45,990 nt of DNA from a bacterium (GTDB lineage Bacteria; Arandabacterota; Arandabacteria; Arandabacterales; JALGWA01), in assembly GCA_050125095.1 (NCBI GenBank), contig JASFEA010000006.1, forward strand, positions 1 through 45,990. Direction: 5' to 3'. The stretch's first letter is position 1. The number at the start of each line of letters is the position of its first letter. Position numbers and translations under genes: made by a program. Under the pieces are notes generated by a model that saw nothing but the letters and a program-made list of their open reading frames with translations, was not told the origin of the DNA and ran no database searches. Below are positions 36,586 through 45,990 of this stretch, piece after piece.

Positions 36586-37164
36586 TTGTTCACTGGTATC
36601 GTGGCAGAGGTTGGCAGAGTCAAGTCCGTGGCGAGGACAGGTGGGTACGTGACGCTTACCGTGACCGCACCCGGGGTATCGGGCGAGATGGCGGTGGGGG
36701 ACAGCGTTTCCGTCAACGGCGTCTGCCAGACCGTAACGGCCCGGCGGGAGGGGGAGTTCTCTTTTGACGCCGTCACCGAGACTCTCTCCAGAACCAATCT
36801 CGGCCACCTCCGCCCGGGCTCGGAAGTCAACCTGGAGCTCGCTCTTCGTCTGGGTGACCGGATAGGCGGGCACCTGGTTTCGGGTCACATAGACTCGACG
36901 GGCACGATCCGCCGGCGAAGAGTCGTCGGCTCCGGGAACCTGGACTTCGCCGTGCAGCTCAAGGACGGCCTGGAGCGCTATGTTAAGACCAAGGGCTCGG
37001 TCTCGCTTGACGGCGTGAGCCTCACGGTGAGAGCCGTGAGTGGAGATGTTGTCGAGGTGACGGTCATTCCGTTTACCATCGAGAATACGATCATAAGAAA
37101 CTGGCGGGTCGGCACGATTGTCAATGTCGAGGCCGACCAGCTGGCCAAGTATATTTCGCCGTAG
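36586..37164 (+). CDS. ribE: Riboflavin synthase
   Basis: MFTGIV, GDSVSVNGVCQTV, GGHLVSGH, DGVSLTV; TTG start. Confidence 0.95.
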   Translation: MFTGIVAEVGRVKSVARTGGYVTLTVTAPGVSGEMAVGDSVSVNGVCQTVTARREGEFSFDAVTETLSRTNLGHLRPGSEVNLELALRLGDRIGGHLVSGHIDSTGTIRRRRVVGSGNLDFAVQLKDGLERYVKTKGSVSLDGVSLTVRAVSGDVVEVTVIPFTIENTIIRNWRVGTIVNVEADQLAKYISP

Positions 37165-37191
37165 GGGCGATATGCCGGGAGGTAGAATGGC

Positions 37192-38430
37192 GTGAAAGGG
37201 TTCGACAAGATAGAGGATGCGATTGAGGACATCCGGAAAGGCAAAATGGTCATCGTCGCCGATGACGAGGACCGGGAGAATGAAGGCGACTTCATAATGG
37301 CCGCGGAGAAAGTCACGGCAGAAGACATAAACTTCATGGCGAAATACGGGCGGGGCCTGATATGCGTGCCCGTCGTCGGGAGCCGCCTGGATGAGCTCCA
37401 ACTCGGCGACATGGTAAGCGACAATACGGCCAAGCACGGGACGCCGTTTACCGTATCCATAGACGGCAAGAACGTGACTACGACGGGGAGCTCGGCGCAT
37501 GACAGGGCGGAGACCATCAAACTGATCGTCTCCCCGGACGCCACCGCCGAGGATTTCGCGCGACCGGGGCATGTCTTTCCGCTGCGGGCCATGGACGGGG
37601 GCGTACTGCGCAGGGCCGGGCACACTGAGGCTACGGTGGACCTGGCCCGGCTGGCCGGGCTCTTCCCGGCCGGCATACTCTGCGAGATCATGGACGAGGA
37701 CGGCACGATGGCCCGGGTGCCCAGGCTCATGGAGCTGGCAGAGGAATACGACATGAGGATAATCACTATCGCCGATCTCATACAGCACAGGTACGAGCGG
37801 GAGAAGCTTGTCAGAATGAAGGTTAAGACCTGCCTTCCGAGCCGATTCGGCGATTTCGACCTATACCTCTACGAAAGCGTGCTCACCGGTGACCACCATA
37901 TCGCGCTTGTTAAGGGCGATCCGGCGGGCATGGTGGAGCCCCTGGTCAGGGTACACTCCCAGTGCCTGACGGGAGACATTTTCGGTTCGAGGCGCTGCGA
38001 TTGCGGCGAGCAGCTTGCGAGAGCACTCGAGATAATCGAGGAAGAGGGCGAGGGCGTCTTTCTCTACATGAGGCAGGAAGGGCGCGGCATCGGGCTGGCG
38101 AGCAAGATAAAAGCCTATGCCCTGCAGGATCAGGGCAGGGACACCGTGGAGGCCAATGAGGAATTGGGTTTCGCGGCGGACCCGCGCGACTACGGCATCG
38201 GCGCCCAGATTCTAGCCGACCTCGGGCTCAACAGGATAAGACTCCTGACCAATAACCCGAGGAAAATAGTCGGCCTTGAGGCCTTCGGTCTTGAGGTCGT
38301 AGAGCGCGTTCCCATAGAGGTGGCGCCCAATCCGGACAACGTGAGATACCTATCCACCAAACGTGCCAAGCTCGGACATATTCTACAGGGTTTCTGCGAT
38401 ACGGACAGAGAGGAGGTTGAGAATGCCTAG
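37192..38430 (+). CDS. ribBA: Bifunctional DHBP synthase / GTP cyclohydrolase II
   Basis: [46 protein letters not shown]. Confidence 0.97.
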   Translation: MKGFDKIEDAIEDIRKGKMVIVADDEDRENEGDFIMAAEKVTAEDINFMAKYGRGLICVPVVGSRLDELQLGDMVSDNTAKHGTPFTVSIDGKNVTTTGSSAHDRAETIKLIVSPDATAEDFARPGHVFPLRAMDGGVLRRAGHTEATVDLARLAGLFPAGILCEIMDEDGTMARVPRLMELAEEYDMRIITIADLIQHRYEREKLVRMKVKTCLPSRFGDFDLYLYESVLTGDHHIALVKGDPAGMVEPLVRVHSQCLTGDIFGSRRCDCGEQLARALEIIEEEGEGVFLYMRQEGRGIGLASKIKAYALQDQGRDTVEANEELGFAADPRDYGIGAQILADLGLNRIRLLTNNPRKIVGLEAFGLEVVERVPIEVAPNPDNVRYLSTKRAKLGHILQGFCDTDREEVENA

Positions 38431-38902
38431 AGTCATGGAGGGTCTACTCGACGGGAGGAAGAAACGTTTCGGCATAGTGGTGAGCAGGTTCAATGAGGCG
38501 GTTTCGGCGCGGCTGCTCGACGGGGCGCTCGATTGCCTTAAGCGCCATAACACGGACGACAAGGCCATCGATGTAGCCTGGGTGCCCGGCTCATTCGAGA
38601 TACCGTTCGCCGCGAGGAAACTGGCCGCCGGCCGGTATGATGCTGTTATCGCGCTGGGGGCGCTGATTCGAGGAGCGACGCCGCATTTCGATTTCATCGC
38701 CGCGGAGGTTTCGAAGGGGGTTGCCAGGGCGTCGGAGCAACATGATGTGCCCGTCATCTTCGGGGTGATCACAGCCGATTCGATGGATCAGGCCATGGAG
38801 CGTTCAGGCGGAAAGGGCGGAAACAAGGGCTGGGACGCCGCCATCTCCGCGCTTGAAATGGCGGACCTGGCCGGCAAGTTCAAGGGCGGAAGCCGCAGGT
38901 GA
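38423..38902 (+). CDS. ribH: 6,7-dimethyl-8-ribityllumazine synthase
   Basis: [27 protein letters not shown]; start ATG 38423. Confidence 0.96.
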   Translation: MPRVMEGLLDGRKKRFGIVVSRFNEAVSARLLDGALDCLKRHNTDDKAIDVAWVPGSFEIPFAARKLAAGRYDAVIALGALIRGATPHFDFIAAEVSKGVARASEQHDVPVIFGVITADSMDQAMERSGGKGGNKGWDAAISALEMADLAGKFKGGSRR

Positions 38903-39342
38903 GCAAGCGCCAGTCGACAGCCTCGCTCAAGCGCACGGCCCGGGGAGTGGTGGTCAAGGCCCTGTACCAGATGGAGGTGGGCGGCCTCACCGAGGATGAA
39001 GTGCGCCAGCAGGTGGCCAGGAAGTGCAGCCGCTCGGGGGAGGTAAAGGACTTCGCCGTTCGCCTGGCCGATGAGACGCTGGCCAACAGGGACGCGGTTG
39101 ACCGCGTCATCGAGCGTGTCGCCGAGAACTGGGGCCTGTCGAGGATGGCGGCGATAGACAGAAACATTTTGAGGGTGGGGGCGGTTGAGATATTGCTTTT
39201 TGACGACATTCCTGACAAAGTGACTATGAACGAGGCAATAGAGATAGCCAAGAGGTTCTCTACGGAGTCGTCCGGCCGTTTCGTGAACGGATTGCTGGAC
39301 AAGATAGCAAGGATGAAGAGTGAACTGCGTAATAATCTCTGA
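38899..39342 (+). CDS. nusB: Transcription antitermination factor NusB
   Basis: [35 protein letters not shown]. Confidence 0.95.
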   Translation: MSKRQSTASLKRTARGVVVKALYQMEVGGLTEDEVRQQVARKCSRSGEVKDFAVRLADETLANRDAVDRVIERVAENWGLSRMAAIDRNILRVGAVEILLFDDIPDKVTMNEAIEIAKRFSTESSGRFVNGLLDKIARMKSELRNNL

Positions 39343-40048
39343 CGTGCATGGCAACCTGGAGGCTCTGCTCGCGGTCAAGAAGAAGATAGAGGAAATCGCC
39401 CCCGACGAGGTCATGTTCCTGGGCGACGCCGTAGGCTATGGGGCCGCGCCCAACGAGTGCATAGAAGCGCTCAGGGATTTGACCGGGATCATGATCGCGG
39501 GGAATCACGATTTCGGTGCGGTCAACCTGACCGATACACGGCTCTTTAACCCCATCGCCCGGGAGGCCATTGACTGGACTTCCGAGGCGCTCACGGCGGC
39601 GAACAGGGATTTCCTCAAGAACCTGCCCCTGAGCCACGTGGAGGGCGCCGATATGAGGGCCGTGCACGCCACGCCGTTCGAGCCGGAGAGCTGGCACTAC
39701 ATACTTTCCCCGAACCACGCGCTCGCCGAGTTCGAGCATTTTGAAGAGACGCTGTGCTTCATAGGGCATTCCCACCAGCCCGTGATCTTCGAGCTCAAGG
39801 ACTCCGAGACAATCGTCACCAGGACCGACGCCATGAGGATCGAGCGCGGCCGGAGGTACATCGTGAACGTGGGAAGCGTGGGGCAGCCTCGGGACCACGA
39901 CCCGCGGGCATGTCTCTGCGTCTGCAATCTCGAGAGTGGGGACCTCCACATAGAGAGAGTCGAGTACGACATCGACGCCGCCAAGAAGCGCATACTGGAC
40001 GCAGGTCTCCCGCCTGTGCTGGCGAACCGCCTTTCATGGGGCGAGTAG
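39320..40048 (+). CDS. Metallophosphoesterase (calcineurin-like)
   Basis: [33 protein letters not shown]. Confidence 0.9.
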   Translation: MNCVIISDVHGNLEALLAVKKKIEEIAPDEVMFLGDAVGYGAAPNECIEALRDLTGIMIAGNHDFGAVNLTDTRLFNPIAREAIDWTSEALTAANRDFLKNLPLSHVEGADMRAVHATPFEPESWHYILSPNHALAEFEHFEETLCFIGHSHQPVIFELKDSETIVTRTDAMRIERGRRYIVNVGSVGQPRDHDPRACLCVCNLESGDLHIERVEYDIDAAKKRILDAGLPPVLANRLSWGE

Positions 40049-40050
40049 GA

Positions 40051-41160
40051 ATGCTCAATATCCTTGTCGTCAACTGGAGAGACATCAGGAATCCCGAGGC
40101 CGGCGGGGCGGAGGTCCACCTTCACGAAATCTTCAAGCGCATAGCCGGCATGGGCCATCGGGTCACGCTGCTCGCGTCGGGCTTCGACGGTTCGGTTCCG
40201 GAGGAAACCGTCGACGGGATCAGGGTTGTCCGCCGCGGCGGCAAATTCGGCTTCAATTTCCATGTCCCGGGGGCACTGGGCGCCTTGATGAAAGAACGCG
40301 ACTTCGACGTGGTGGTAGACGACATAAACAAAATACCGTTCTACACGCCGGTCTACGTCAGAAAGCCGGTGCTGGCCCTGGCGCATCATCTGTTCGCGGA
40401 GACCATATTCCTCGAGACCTTTTTCCCTCTTGCGACCTATGTCTATCTGAGCGAGTGGCTCATACCGGTCTTTTACCGGAACACCAGATTCGTTGTCGTG
40501 TCTCAGAGTACGAGGGATGAATTCGTGAAGAGGGGGCTTGACGCGAAGAATATAGGCATAGTCCACAACGCGGTGGACCATGAAGTCTACAGGCCCGACT
40601 TTGGGGCCAAGTCAGGCGAGCCCACGATCGGCTATGTCGGGCGCATCAAGAAATACAAGTGCATCGAGCATCTGCTGGAAGCATGCGCGATCGTGTTCGA
40701 GAAGCTCCCGGACGCGAAGCTGGTGGTGGCGGGCTCGGGGGACCACCTCGACGCACTCGTGAAGACCGCGGCCTCGATCGGCATCGCCGGGCGGACGGAC
40801 TTCATCGGGCACGTGGGCGAGAAGGAAAAGGTGGACATGCTTCAGAAGGTGCATGTGGTCGCGAATCCATCCAGCAAGGAAGGATGGGGCGTCACCGTGA
40901 TCGAGTCGAACGCCTGCGGCACGCCGGTGGTGGCGAGCAATGTTCCCGGACTTCGGGACGCCGTGGTCGATGGTGAAACGGGCTTCCTGGTGCCTCACGG
41001 CGATATCGAAGCGCTGGCCGGGAAGATGCTGGAGGTGCTTGAGGACGATGTGCTTCGCCGCAGCATGAGCGAGAAGGCCGTGGAATGGTCGCAGAGATTC
41101 GACTGGGAAGAATCCGCCAGGGCCATAGTAGGCGAAATCGAGGAGCTCATCGGGCAATAG
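40051..41160 (+). CDS. Glycosyltransferase family 4
   Basis: NWRDIRNPEAGGAE, VGRIKKYK, EGWGVTVIESNACGTPVV; start ATG 40051. Confidence 0.92.
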   Translation: MLNILVVNWRDIRNPEAGGAEVHLHEIFKRIAGMGHRVTLLASGFDGSVPEETVDGIRVVRRGGKFGFNFHVPGALGALMKERDFDVVVDDINKIPFYTPVYVRKPVLALAHHLFAETIFLETFFPLATYVYLSEWLIPVFYRNTRFVVVSQSTRDEFVKRGLDAKNIGIVHNAVDHEVYRPDFGAKSGEPTIGYVGRIKKYKCIEHLLEACAIVFEKLPDAKLVVAGSGDHLDALVKTAASIGIAGRTDFIGHVGEKEKVDMLQKVHVVANPSSKEGWGVTVIESNACGTPVVASNVPGLRDAVVDGETGFLVPHGDIEALAGKMLEVLEDDVLRRSMSEKAVEWSQRFDWEESARAIVGEIEELIGQ

Positions 41161-41212
41161 CCGGCGAAGGGCTTCGACGCCGGGCGCCATTTGACGGAGG
41201 CTCATACTGGAC

Positions 41213-42262
41213 GTGAAAGGGCTGCTTCAGAGCCTGAGCAGAGTGGTGAGGCAGAGGTACTTCCGCATATGCGTGAGCCTTGCCCTTATCGCGGTGCTTC
41301 TGGTCAGGATGGATCTGGCCCGGACCGCCGGAATACTGGGCTCTGTGCGGGCCGACTACTTCGGGCTCGCGCTCATCACCTTTGCCGCCTCGCTTGTCCT
41401 GGGCAGCGTCCAGTGGAGAAAGCTGCTGGCGGTGCAGGACATACGACTATCGCTGGGCAAAGCCGTATCATTCTATTATGTCGGGGCCTTCTTCAATGTA
41501 ATCCTGCCGTCCAATATCGGCGGTGACGTCGTGAGGGTCTATGACGTCTACAAGGATTCCGGCAAGTCCGACGAGACCATAGCCGCCACGGTCACCGACA
41601 GGATGCTCGGCCTCGTCGGGCTAGGCCTGCTCGCCATGCCCGCGGGCGTCTATATCGCCTCGTCCAGGGGGACGCTGGGCCCTGAGAACGGTTTCGGCAC
41701 GACGAGCATACTGATGGTGCTGGCTTTCGTCATGCTGCTCGTATTCGCCTTTCTGGTTCTCATGAACCGCGGTCTCGCGCGCAATATGGCCAGGCTCCTG
41801 AGGCCCCTGTTCATAGGGGGGACACGCGAGCGCGCAAGGAGCATATACGAGTCGTTTTACCAGTACAGGAACAACATGGGAGCCCTCATGGGCGCGCTCG
41901 GAATAGCCATGGTCGTCCAGGTTCTGAGGGTGCTCGTCCATTACGAGGTGTCCCTTGCGCTGGGGCTGGAAATCCCGCCAATCTACTTCTTTCTTTTCAT
42001 CCCCGTAATTGCTATTTTCATTGCACTGCCCATATCCATAGGGGGACTCGGCATAAGAGAGGGGCTGGGCGTCGTTCTCTTCTGCGGGGTCGTTAAGGGG
42101 CTTACCCGGGAGCAGGCCTTCTCGATGGAGCTGCTCGCGGGAATAGTGGGAGTGCTTGTAAGCCTCATCGGAGGTGTGATATACCTGAGACGGGGCTTTG
42201 CGCCCTATCGCGTCGACCGGGATCTGACAGACGGGAGGCTGGCTGATGCAAATGGTGATTAA
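41213..42262 (+). CDS. UPF0104 / lysylphosphatidylglycerol-synthase-TM (flippase-like) membrane protein
   Basis: W..LL, FFNVILPSNIGGDVVR, DRMLG, LPISIGGLGIRE; multiple TM helices. Confidence 0.85.
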   Translation: MKGLLQSLSRVVRQRYFRICVSLALIAVLLVRMDLARTAGILGSVRADYFGLALITFAASLVLGSVQWRKLLAVQDIRLSLGKAVSFYYVGAFFNVILPSNIGGDVVRVYDVYKDSGKSDETIAATVTDRMLGLVGLGLLAMPAGVYIASSRGTLGPENGFGTTSILMVLAFVMLLVFAFLVLMNRGLARNMARLLRPLFIGGTRERARSIYESFYQYRNNMGALMGALGIAMVVQVLRVLVHYEVSLALGLEIPPIYFFLFIPVIAIFIALPISIGGLGIREGLGVVLFCGVVKGLTREQAFSMELLAGIVGVLVSLIGGVIYLRRGFAPYRVDRDLTDGRLADANGD

Positions 42263-44597
42263 ATCGGACAGGCTGAACGCTTATATGGCTGCGGCCGTGT
42301 TCCTTCTCATACTGATAATCTATCTCATCACCATTTCCCCTACTGTGTCCTTCTGGGACAGCGGGGAGTTCATAGCCACTTCTCACATACTCGGCGTTCC
42401 GCATCCTCCCGGTACCCCTTTCTATGTAATACTGGGCCGCCTCTTCGCCATGTTCCCCGGCGTGGAATCCGCCCTGATGGTCAACTTCATGTCGGCCCTT
42501 ACGGGGGCCCTGGCATGTATGCTGCTCTATCTCATCACCGTCAAGATACTGGTGCTCTGGAGGGGAAAGCCCGAGACGGTGCTGGAGAAGGCGACTATAT
42601 ATGTCTCGGCCGCCTGCGCCGCCATCGCCGCCGGCTTCGCGGGGAGCTACTGGACAAACTCCATAGAAGCGGAGGTGTATTCGCCTGCGGCCTTCATAAT
42701 GGCATTCACGGTGTGGCTCATGTTCAAGTGGAGCGAGACCTACCGCCAACCGGGGAGCAGAAACTACCTGTTGCTCATCTGTTACCTGCTCGCGCTAAGC
42801 GTGGGTCTTCATCTCGGCACCGTGCTCGTGCTGCCGGCCTTCATACTGTTCGCCCTTCTCATAGACCACCGCATCTTCCTGGACGTCAAGTTCATCACGC
42901 TGGTTGTCTTCGTGGGGCTGCTGGGGCTGAGCAACCACCTCTTTCTGCCGATTCGTTCGTCGCTCAATCCCGCCATCGATGAGGCCAATCCCGAACGCTG
43001 GATCGCGTTCAAGAACTGCCTGCTGAGGAAGCAGTACAAACCCATGAATCCCTTTCTCAGGCAGGCGCCCTGGTCCTTCCAGTTCGGGATGTTCTGGCGC
43101 TATTTCAAAGAGCAGTGGACTTTCGGGGGCATGACGTGGGGCGCCCTGCTGGTAGCGCTGGGCGGGCTGGGCGCGTTCGTCCACTTCCTGAAGCACAGAA
43201 GGACTTTTGTGCTCGTCGGCACGCTGTTTTTGATAATGAGTCTCGGCCTTATCGTCTATATGAACTTCACAGACCATGAGGTGAGGGAGAGGGACTACTT
43301 CTACTCCCACGGTTTCTTCTTCTTCTGTATCTGGATAGGCGTGGCTTACGCCTTCCTGATAGACAAGATCCGCGCGTGGCTGGAGTCGGACCGGTTGACT
43401 TATGTGGGCATGGGGGTGCTGGTGGCCCTGGTCATCTCGACCATAGCGGTGAACTTCGATTCCCACGACAGGAGCGGAGATTACAACGCCTACGACTACG
43501 CCTACAACCTGCTTTCGACCGTGGACCGGGAGGGCATGATTTTCACGAACGGCGACAATGACACTTTTCCCCTCTGGTTCATGCAGGAGGTGAAAGGCTA
43601 CAGGAAGGACGTCCGCGTTCTGAACCTGAGTCTTCTCAATACGCCGTGGTACATCTGGCAGCTCAAACATCTCGAGCCCAAGGTTCCCATGCGCTTCTCG
43701 GATCAGACCATAGGGAGCCTCCAGCCATACAGGGACGCGGAGACCGGGAAGATCGTGCTCGTCAAAGACATCGCCTCCAGAGAGATCATAGAGGCCAATA
43801 ACCAGAGGAAGCCCGTTTACTTCGCAGTTACTGTGGCCGACTACATGGGATATGAGAGGAATCTGCTCCTCGAGGGCCTCGCCTTCCGCATGGTCACCGA
43901 CCAGGGGAGCAGGCTTATGGACGTGGAGCGGACGCTGCACAACCTCTACAACCTCTATTCCTATCGCGGTCTTCTGATACCCGCCGACGCCGACGGGATC
44001 GTACCCCCTCCGGACCTTGCCAACACGGAGATCCGCGGCGACATCGAGCCCATGGACACGCTGCCGAACTATGTTTACAACGACAAGGTGTACAAAGACG
44101 TAAACACGCAGCGGCTCATCACGAACTACGCCGCCGCCCATCTCAGACTCTGCATTCATTACCTCGAGAACGCCGAGTATGACCATGCGCTGAGAGAGCT
44201 CGAGATGGCTGGCATGATCTCCCCCGATTACGCCGGCTACAGGGACCTGGCCATTGTCACCTACGGCTTCGCCGGCGATATCGCCAAGGCGGAGAGCCTC
44301 GCAAACACCTATATAGCAAAGGACCCGGGATCTCAGAACGTCTACATACAGCTCTTCCGCGTTTACCGCAAGCAGGGCCTCGACAACAAGTCGGAGGAGA
44401 TCCTGATAAGACTGATCAACGCCTTCCCCGATTTCGCGGACGGTTATTCGCTGCTCACGTCTTTCTACCAGGAACGCGGCAGGCCGGAGGAAGCCATGGG
44501 TGTCGTAAGTAAGTGGCTCTCCCTGCACCCGAAGGATCAGGCTGCCGCCAGACTGCTCAGGCAGATGGAACAGGAACTCAATGAGGGCACCCAGTGA
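42246..44597 (+). CDS. DUF2723 membrane protein (TMEM260-like GT-C glycosyltransferase) with C-terminal TPR
   Basis: PTVSFWDSGEF..LGVPHPPG.P, EAEVY, EVRERDYF, FTNGDNDTFPLW..QEV. Confidence 0.85.
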   Translation: MQMVIKSDRLNAYMAAAVFLLILIIYLITISPTVSFWDSGEFIATSHILGVPHPPGTPFYVILGRLFAMFPGVESALMVNFMSALTGALACMLLYLITVKILVLWRGKPETVLEKATIYVSAACAAIAAGFAGSYWTNSIEAEVYSPAAFIMAFTVWLMFKWSETYRQPGSRNYLLLICYLLALSVGLHLGTVLVLPAFILFALLIDHRIFLDVKFITLVVFVGLLGLSNHLFLPIRSSLNPAIDEANPERWIAFKNCLLRKQYKPMNPFLRQAPWSFQFGMFWRYFKEQWTFGGMTWGALLVALGGLGAFVHFLKHRRTFVLVGTLFLIMSLGLIVYMNFTDHEVRERDYFYSHGFFFFCIWIGVAYAFLIDKIRAWLESDRLTYVGMGVLVALVISTIAVNFDSHDRSGDYNAYDYAYNLLSTVDREGMIFTNGDNDTFPLWFMQEVKGYRKDVRVLNLSLLNTPWYIWQLKHLEPKVPMRFSDQTIGSLQPYRDAETGKIVLVKDIASREIIEANNQRKPVYFAVTVADYMGYERNLLLEGLAFRMVTDQGSRLMDVERTLHNLYNLYSYRGLLIPADADGIVPPPDLANTEIRGDIEPMDTLPNYVYNDKVYKDVNTQRLITNYAAAHLRLCIHYLENAEYDHALRELEMAGMISPDYAGYRDLAIVTYGFAGDIAKAESLANTYIAKDPGSQNVYIQLFRVYRKQGLDNKSEEILIRLINAFPDFADGYSLLTSFYQERGRPEEAMGVVSKWLSLHPKDQAAARLLRQMEQELNEGTQ

Positions 44598-45990
44598 GCG
44601 CCGAAGGAAATCGGCTTGTGGTGCTGGGATTGGACGGCGCCACATTCGATGTCCTGCTCCCGCTGGCCGAGAAGGGCGAGCTTCCAGCCATCAAGAAGCT
44701 GATGGACGGGGGAGCCTGGGGAAGGATGCGCACGGTTATCCCGCCCGGGACGGGACCCGCCTGGTCGAGCATAGTGACGGGGCTGGACCCGAGCAATCAC
44801 GGCATTTTCGATATCATCGTCAGGGCCGAGGAGTCCTACAACCTGGCTTTCCTGAACGGGGCGTCGCTGAGGGCCCCGACCGTATGGGACATCGTCGGCA
44901 GGTTCGGCGGCAAGGTTGTCGTCGTCAATGTGCCGATGACCTATCCGCCGCGACAGGTTAACGGCTACCTTGTAACGGGGCTGCTGACGCCCCTGGGGAG
45001 CAAGCGGTACACTTACCCCACTGAGCTGGCCGGCGAGATCGAGTCGCTGGCTCCGTCCTACAGCATAGTCCCGCGCAAGGTCTACTCGGCCGGCAGGGCC
45101 GGCGACTTCCTCGCGGAACTGCGGGAAGTGCTGGAGAATAAGCGCGTCGTGCTCAGGGAACTTCTCGGCCGCGCCGATTGGAAATTCGCCATGGAGGTCT
45201 TCAGCGAGACGGATTTCCTCCAGCATGCCCTCTGGCATGTCATGGACGAGAAGCATCCCCGTCACGATCCCGGGGAGGCCGGCCGCTTCGCCGACGAGGT
45301 CACGGGCATTTACCGCCGGCTGGATTCCATAATCGGGGAGGTCGTGGACGGGCTGGACGAGAACGACTCGGTGATGCTGGTCTCCGACCACGGCGCCGGC
45401 CCGCTGTACCGCTTCATTCACGCCAATAACTACCTGATCCAGCAGGGGGCCATGAAGGTCAAGGACGGGCTGGCCTCGATGCTCAAGTACAGGCTGTTCA
45501 GGGCCGGCCTCACACCCATGAACGTCTATCGCCTTGTCTCCAGGCTGCGCCTCGGCAGGGTGAAGATGGGCCTCCGGTGGACCTCGGGCGGGTATGATCT
45601 CCTGAGGAAGTTCTTCTTTTCCTTCTCCGATGTCGACTGGGAGAACACAAGAGCCTATGCGCTGAGCGGCGGGGTTTACGGGGGGCTCTTCGTCAACCTC
45701 AAGGGCAGGGAGCCCAGGGGATCAGTCGAGCCCGATGATTATGAGAAGACGCGTGATGAGCTTGCCGCGCTGCTGCGCTCCTTCAAGGACCCTAGAACCG
45801 ACAGGCCCCTCATCAGCGAAGTGATAAAGCGAGAAGACATTTACAGCGGGAAGTTCCTCGGCGAAGCTCCCGACCTGTACTTCCTGCCGTATGTTCCCAC
45901 GGTGGGGGTGTTCGGCGACTTCGAGTTCTCATCAAGCAGGCTTATCGAAGAAGTCTCGGATGCCATCTCTGCCCAGCACCGGATGGAAGG
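44594..45990 (+). CDS. Alkaline phosphatase superfamily / type I phosphodiesterase protein (partial, runs off the window)
   Basis: GTG 44594: VSAEGNRLVVLGLDGATFD..TVIPPGTGPAWSSIVTG..HGIFD; SDHG; ends ..AQHRME; absent from the ORF track because it has no stop in the window. Confidence 0.85.
   Translation, partial: MSAEGNRLVVLGLDGATFDVLLPLAEKGELPAIKKLMDGGAWGRMRTVIPPGTGPAWSSIVTGLDPSNHGIFDIIVRAEESYNLAFLNGASLRAPTVWDIVGRFGGKVVVVNVPMTYPPRQVNGYLVTGLLTPLGSKRYTYPTELAGEIESLAPSYSIVPRKVYSAGRAGDFLAELREVLENKRVVLRELLGRADWKFAMEVFSETDFLQHALWHVMDEKHPRHDPGEAGRFADEVTGIYRRLDSIIGEVVDGLDENDSVMLVSDHGAGPLYRFIHANNYLIQQGAMKVKDGLASMLKYRLFRAGLTPMNVYRLVSRLRLGRVKMGLRWTSGGYDLLRKFFFSFSDVDWENTRAYALSGGVYGGLFVNLKGREPRGSVEPDDYEKTRDELAALLRSFKDPRTDRPLISEVIKREDIYSGKFLGEAPDLYFLPYVPTVGVFGDFEFSSSRLIEEVSDAISAQHRME

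Noticed and set aside
41161-41183. GC-rich hairpin after GT4 as a terminator
   Set aside because: No convincing poly-T tail

Overview
GC-rich bacterial chromosomal window. It probably comes from an uncultured FCB-group-like or similar lineage; that taxonomy is inferred from gene content only. The backbone is housekeeping: thpR-recA-recX-alaS; ispE-spoVG-tRNA-Gln-prs-rplY-pth-ychF-rpsF-ssb-rpsR-rplI; selA-smc-ftsY; and an FMN riboswitch followed by ribD-ribE-ribBA-ribH-nusB. Four envelope modules are embedded in it. (1) A ferredoxin / archaeal-type geranylgeranyl reductase / group II GGGP synthase trio, which looks like part of archaeal-type ether-lipid synthesis in a bacterium, is coupled to rfbA-rfbD-gmhA. 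(2) A minus-strand phosphonate operon (AbrB-like-domain cytidylyltransferase, cytidylyltransferase-PepM fusion, phosphonopyruvate decarboxylase, Fe-dependent reductase) converges on a LicD transferase and a GT2. This suggests a 2-hydroxyethylphosphonate-decorated glycan or lipid. A 33-bp palindrome overlaps the operon's TTGACA promoter. (3) An SMR/EamA transporter, udk and a UbiA polyprenyl-phosphate phosphoribosyltransferase. (4) GT4, a UPF0104 membrane protein, a DUF2723/TMEM260-like GT-C and an alkaline-phosphatase-superfamily gene that runs off the end. No CRISPR array, rRNA, prophage or intact transposase was seen. All calls come from motif recognition by eye; no searches were run.
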